Assembly (NCBI GenBank): GCA_014905635.1
Contig: JABVCE010000013.1
Span: forward strand, 62,001 to 126,000
Length of the DNA stretch: 64,000 nt
Direction of reading: 5' to 3'
DNA from: Scenedesmus sp. PABB004
Lineage: Eukaryota
The translations under genes were made by a program, and so were the position numbers. Shown here piece by piece: positions 59,101-64,000 of the stretch. The notes beneath the pieces are model-generated. The model was not told the DNA's origin and made no database searches. It was given only the letters and a program-made list of their open reading frames with translations. How positions within the stretch are numbered: the stretch's first letter is position 1; every line of letters starts with the position of its first letter.

Positions 59101-62100
59101 CCGCGCGGTCGCAGGCGTTGGCGTAGGCGTACAGCCAGGCGCTGCCGGACCAGCAGGGCGTCACGCGGGCGCCGCTGCCCGGGTCGGACGCGAGGAACGC
59201 GTCCGAGCACGCGTCCACCGGGAAGCGCTGCCCCCCGACCGTGACGCCCACGTTGTATTCGCAGTTGTCGGCCTTGGCGCCGTCCCACGCGCCCAGCGCG
59301 CCGCCGCAGCCGACGTTGCCGCCGTCGCCGCGGGTCGAGAGGCCCTGCCGCGCGCCCGGCGGCACGAAGCGCGTCCTGCGGCGGCGGCGGCGGGGGCGGC
59401 GGCGGCGGCGGCGAGGGTCGGTCAACGGCTGCGCGGCCATGCCGCAGGCAGGGTGGCAGGGGCGACCGCCGCGCGCTGGTGGCGCGCACGCAGCGCGTCG
59501 ACCCGCGCCTGTGCGCGCGCGCGTCGACCGCGTTGGTGGCAAAGCTGTCCAGCCAGAACTTCTGCAGCACGAGGTAGGAGGGCCAGGCTGCGCGCAGCGT
59601 GCGGCGGCGCCGTGAGCGGCCAAGCTGCGCCCGGCCGCGCCCGCGCCGCGCCCCGCCGCCGCGCCGCGCACCCGCCGACTCCTGCGTGACCACGAAGACC
59701 GAGCCGTATCCGAGCTCGTCGAGCACGGCAGCCTTGGAGCCGGTGGTGAAGGTGTTGAACAGCGCGAGGCGCGACCGCGTCGCGTCGACGCGCACGCTGT
59801 ACAGCGCGAGGGCGCAGCCCGCGGCGCTGAACATCGCGCACGCCGGCGGCTTGAGGTAGCCCGCGGCCGTGGCCTGCCAGTCGGTCCAGCCCTCGTCGCA
59901 GGGGCGCAGGCTGACGAGGTACGCGTAGGACCGCGGCCCCGGCGCCGCCGCGTTGGCGGCAAAGCCCACGCACAGGCCGCGGTGCGTGATGCGCGCGCTC
60001 GTTGCGAGGCTGCCCTGCACCTGGAAGCACTGCCGCTCGCTCGGCACCGCCTCGCACGGCGTCAGCTCCACGCCCAGCGCGTGGCTGCCGAGCTCGGCCA
60101 GGCTCCAGCCCGTGCCGCTCGGCGGCGTGAGGCTCGCGGGCGCGGTCCAGCAGCGGTTGGTGCCCTGGAAGCGGTGGTTGGAGTTGAGCCGGAAGCGCGT
60201 GCACCCTGCGCGGCGGGGGCGACAGGGGAGGCGGCGCGGCGCGTCGGCTGCCGCACTGCCCCGCGCCGCCGCGCCGCCGCGCCCGCGCACGATGCCACCG
60301 AGCCTGCCGCGCACCGGCGCGCGCGCGCGCGCACGCACACACCCGCCGCTGAGCCCTTGCCCGCGGGCAGCTCAAAGACCTCCTGGAAGAGGAATAGGCG
60401 GTCCAGCGCCTCCTGGTCAGCGTTGAGCGCGGCCTGGCGCGGCAGGATGCCCTCGTACAGGCTGGCGGCCACGTTGGTCGCGTCGTCGTCGCTCGCGGCG
60501 CGCCACGCCTCAAACGGCCACATTGGCGGCACGAACCAGGCCTTGCGCGCGTCCCACATGTCGGCCGCGCCGGGCGCGGCCGCGGCGGCCTCGGCCGCCA
60601 GCCAGCGCGTCACGCCGCCCTCCAGGCAGCCGCCGTACTGGGGCAGGCCGTGCGCCTGCCGCGCCGCGGCGGTGTGGTAGGCCTCGTCATGTGCCAGGTA
60701 CTGCACCACCGGCGCGGCGCAGCGCCCGCCGTGGCGCCGGTCAAACGTGGCCCAGTTGCAGGGCACGCGCGGCAGCAGCCCCGTCGGCGCCGGCACGCGC
60801 GGGTCGGCCGCGTGGAGCGAGTCGTCGGCGTACGCCGCGGGCACCTTGAACGACAACGTCATGTTGGCCAGGCGATTGACCTGGAGCAGCTGCGACCCGC
60901 GGCGACAGGCCAGCACGGGCAGGCCGTGCGGCAGCGCGCGCGCGCAGGTCGCGTTGGCCGCCGCGGCGTCGGGCGGCGCGGGCGTCATGCCCAGCGTGCA
61001 CACGTCGCCGTCGTCAAAGGGCCCGATGCAGTGGTCGCCCTGGTCAACGGGCTCGTACGCGCCGGGCTGAAACACGTCGGTGTCGCCGGCATCGGAAATC
61101 ATGAACCCGTTGGCCGACACAGTCGTCCCGTTGGGCAGGGCCGTGGACACAAAAGCGAGGTTGTGGTACACGCCTTCGATGTCAGTCACGGAGGTAAAAG
61201 GGTAGTCATACCAGGAATGGAGCGGCCACAGCGGCGTCGGCAGACTGCCAGTGTTGTCGAGGGGGCGCGGGGCCGGAGGGGTGCCGGTGCCGAGCACCGT
61301 CAGCACAACCGCCTGCCCGCTCGCGCCGTACGCGATGTCGGTGGGCGCGGTGTTGGGGTAGACTGCGGTGCCGCCGAGGGTGTCGGGCTGCAGCTCAAAC
61401 GGCTCCCACCGCAGCGTCACCGCGCAGCGCCGCGCGCTCCAGACCCAGCGCAGCTCCCGGCCCGACGCGACGAGGTCGCGCAGGAACAGGTTGCAGGTGT
61501 GGTCGCTCGTGGGCGCCGCGGGGGCCTCCTCCACCCACTCCCAGCCCAGCTCGCCGGGCGGCGTGAGCAGCGAGGTCGCGGTCGGCGGCGCGGGGACGGC
61601 GTCGTTGGGGATGAGCAGCGTGCCGTTGGCGCCGTCGCAGAAGCGTGAGAATGACGCATAGCAGATGGTCGATCCAAATGTGTGTGCGCTGGTGGACAGG
61701 GAAGCGTAGCCAGCAATGTTTGGGTCAAACATGTCGTAGTCCACGAGCACCGCGTTGGGGTCGCTCCCCCGCGCCGCCTGCGGCGCGCCCTGGGGCAGCA
61801 CGACGTTGACCTGCGCGCGCGGGAGGCCGGTCGACACGTAGAAGGGGACCGCGTGGGGCTGCGCGCCGTCGGCCCAGTCGCGGCGCAGGTAGAGCGACAC
61901 CAGCGCGTCGTCGGGCGGGTGCCGGCCCAGCCACCACTGCTTCTGCTGCGGCGGCGCCGCCCAGTCGCCATCGGCCCAGGTGTACGCCAGCGCCGCCCAG
62001 TTGGCGCCGGGGTCGTACGACGCGGCGGGGCCCGCGGCGCCGTTCTTGGGCCCCGCCGGCATCAGGGTGTCAACATACGCGGCGGCCGCGCCTGCGGGGC

Positions 62101-62362
62101 GTGCGGGCGCGCGTGGGCGGCGGGGCGCGCGCGCCGCGGCGCAGCGGGGCGGCTGCGGCCAGCGCGCAGGCAGCATGCCGACGGCGCGGCCGAGCTCACC
62201 GGGCAGCAGCTGGAGCGCCGGCAGCCAGCTGCGTGCGGCGGCGGCGGCACCGCCGCGTGCCCGCCCGCCCGCAGGACTCGGGCGGGGCGCCAGCAGCACC
62301 GCCAGCAGCGCCGCCAGCAGCAGCACGAGGCGCGCCGGCGGGCGAGGGGGCCAGCTGCCCAT
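46334..62362 (-). CDS. Giant modular cell-surface membrane protein: signal peptide, unknown domain, ricin-B-like, LRR cap + LRRs, 4-Cys repeats, 6 DUF11-like domains, EGF-like, Ig-like, FLC/TRP-like multi-TM domain; about 30 exons
   Basis: Co-oriented chain of exons with coding-like composition and many NxS/T sequons. DPCGWPFVEC cap; FSGTIPATWG and LYGDLPAAW LRRs; PDL...VVNQG...DSNAANN; CxCxxGWxGxxC EGFs; LTFSEPV; GHTQFLAMSVSLAVPWLPAEY. A single-gene model is inferred. Confidence 0.7.
52192..55924. repeat. Near-perfect intragenic tandem repeat, 1489-bp period, about 2.5 copies (exons and introns)
   Basis: Matching ORF ends at 52467/53956/55445 and 53157/54646 (offset 1489); only a few SNPs seen between copies. 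Confidence 0.97.
53455..53581. repeat. (GCT/GCC)n intronic triplet repeat, duplicated at 54944-55070
   Basis: Read directly; apparently the same pattern in both copies. Confidence 0.9.
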
Positions 62363-63299
62363 GGCGGCGGCGCGTGCGGCCCGCCGGGCGGCTGGCAGGG
62401 CCCCGCCGCGCTCTGCCTGCGCGGTGGTGCGGGTGCCGCGACTCCTGCGCAGCACGCGCGGGCGGCGGCGGCAGCCTGTCAGCCGGCAGCGCTGCTGCTC
62501 GCCACCCCAGCCGCGCCGCGCTGACGTGCGGGGCGGCCAGCGCTGCGCGACTGTGCAGCGAGCGCTGCGCGCGGACTGGCGGCGGCGCCCGGCCGGCCGC
62601 ACAGGCCGTGCCAGCGGGGCCCGCCCGCGTCGCCTGAGCCTAGCGCTCCTCTGGGCAGCGCGCCGGGAGCCTCTGCCTGCGCCTGCTGCCCGCCGGCGCC
62701 CACCTGGCTGTTGGACTCTCCTCCAGGCCCTGCCCGCCGAACGCGGCCGCGCAGCACCGATTGGTTGAGCGATGAGGAATGCAGCAGACACTAACAGCAC
62801 TCCAGGCCCACCGCGGCTCGCCTGGCGCGCTCTGTGCGGCGCAGCAGGCGGGGGCCGACTCGGGCAGATGCCGAGGGCCCGCGCCGCGAGCAAGGGCGCA
62901 GCCGGCGTGGCGTGCGCTCGGGGGCGCGCGAGCTGCGGCTATGAGTCCAGATCGCGCACCTGCGCGGCTCGAGGCGCCGGCATCGTCGCGGGCGGCCCCC
63001 CAGCGCCCGTTGACCGCAGGTGGGAGACGCCAAGAGACGCCTGCGCGGCTCCCCCACCCAGGCGCGGGCACCGAGCGCAGCTGCATGCCCTCGGGACCGC
63101 CGTGATGCAGGCGCCGCCGCCGGTGGCGATGTGCGGCGCGGCGCGCACGCGCGCGCGCCGCCGCCGCTGCCCACCGAACAGCCATCGCCCGCGCCCGCCG
63201 CCCGCGCCCGCGCCGCCGCACCTGCTCGAGCAGGCAGAAAGTCCAGCACACTCGCTTGGGCCCCGACGACGAGCGCGGAGTGCGCCGAGGCACAGCGAT

Positions 63300-63304
63300 T
63301 TACA
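63300..63304 (-). promoter_or_regulatory. Possible UGUAA poly(A) signal of a minus-strand gene lying mostly beyond the right edge
   Basis: TTACA on the + strand in a relatively AT-rich patch; the coding exons could not be identified. Confidence 0.35.
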
Positions 63305-64000
63305 GGGAGCTCAGGTGCGCGGCGTCCACCTCGCGCTGCGCCGGCGCAACAATGTACAACACGAAGCGGCGAAAGGCCGCATCCGCAGCTACAATGTACT
63401 GATACAGGGGGCGCGCTAGGCTTGTTGGTACACGCATGCTGCTACTCGCACAACCGACCGACGCCCCGCCCTGCCCCACCCGCTCCGCCCACCCCGCCGC
63501 CGCCCCGCCCACCCACCGCCGCCGCGAGGTCGGCGTTCGTTGTGTGTGGTGGTGGGGAGCGCCATGCTCCACACACCTTGATGATGGAAGTGCGTGTGTG
63601 CCGGGCGCGCCTTGGCAGCCAGCGGCGGCAGGAGCCATCCCACCCTGGCATGCCCGCCGGCCGAGACGCCGGCGGCGCGATGACGGCACACGTGTCGCAA
63701 ACCATGGGCAGTGAGCGCACGCGCGCAGGGCGCGCCCGCGTGCCAATGGGCACGTGCGGGCGCCCCGCCCGCTGCGTCGCCGCCGCCTCAGCCCCCGCTG
63801 CCGCACACGCTCCTTGGACGTAGCCGGCGGGCGCCGGGCGCACGGCGGCCGTGCGCGCACAGCGCCCGCCTGGCGCCCCTGCTGCCCCCCCCCTGCCGTG
63901 CGCGGACCACGGGGCCGCGCAGCGCAGTGCTCCCGACGCGGCGCGATGTCACTGGCAGATGCACGCCCTGCGCGCGGTCGATTTGACCAGCAGCTTGGGC

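Noticed and set aside
1..64000. Hundreds of long overlapping R/A/P/G-rich ORFs (e.g. 43486-46662, 31825-34623, 14585-16957)
   Set aside because: Stops are rare at this GC content. These are shadow or antisense frames, or read-through of introns of the real spliced genes.
63416..64000. Coding exons at the right edge
   Set aside because: No recognisable protein or consistent splice model; possibly the 3' end of a gene outside the window.

Overview
Eukaryotic nuclear DNA, extremely GC-rich (visually about 75-80%), gene-dense, with many short (mostly 80-250 nt) GC-rich spliceosomal introns. Gene content, UGUAA poly(A) signals and OPR proteins point to a chlorophyte green alga, probably Sphaeropleales-like (inference). 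Most long ORFs in the supplied track are GC artefacts, so I rebuilt spliced genes by hand. Left to right: eIF1/SUI1 (+), plastid KAS II (-), bacterial-like MFS transporter (-), EDR2-like PH-START-DUF1336 protein (-), unknown membrane protein (+), Q/A/P-rich low-complexity protein (-), coatomer beta' (-), OPR helical-repeat protein (+), EF-hand protein with transit peptide (-), prolyl 4-hydroxylase with ShKT (-), ABCG transporter with Cys-rich ectodomain (+), OEP21 (-), KCR-like SDR (-), a 128-aa secreted protein (-) and a ~16-kb gene for a giant modular surface protein (-). Main points of interest: (1) the giant protein joins ricin-like, LRR, 4-Cys repeat, six DUF11-like, EGF and Ig-like modules to an FLC/TRP-like membrane domain, and it contains a recent 1489-bp tandem expansion with breakpoints in a shared motif; (2) at least 16 GC-AG introns; (3) a candidate amidated-peptide precursor; (4) candidate bicistronic pairs. 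All family assignments come from recognising motifs, not from database searches. No RNA genes, CRISPR arrays or transposons could be supported.
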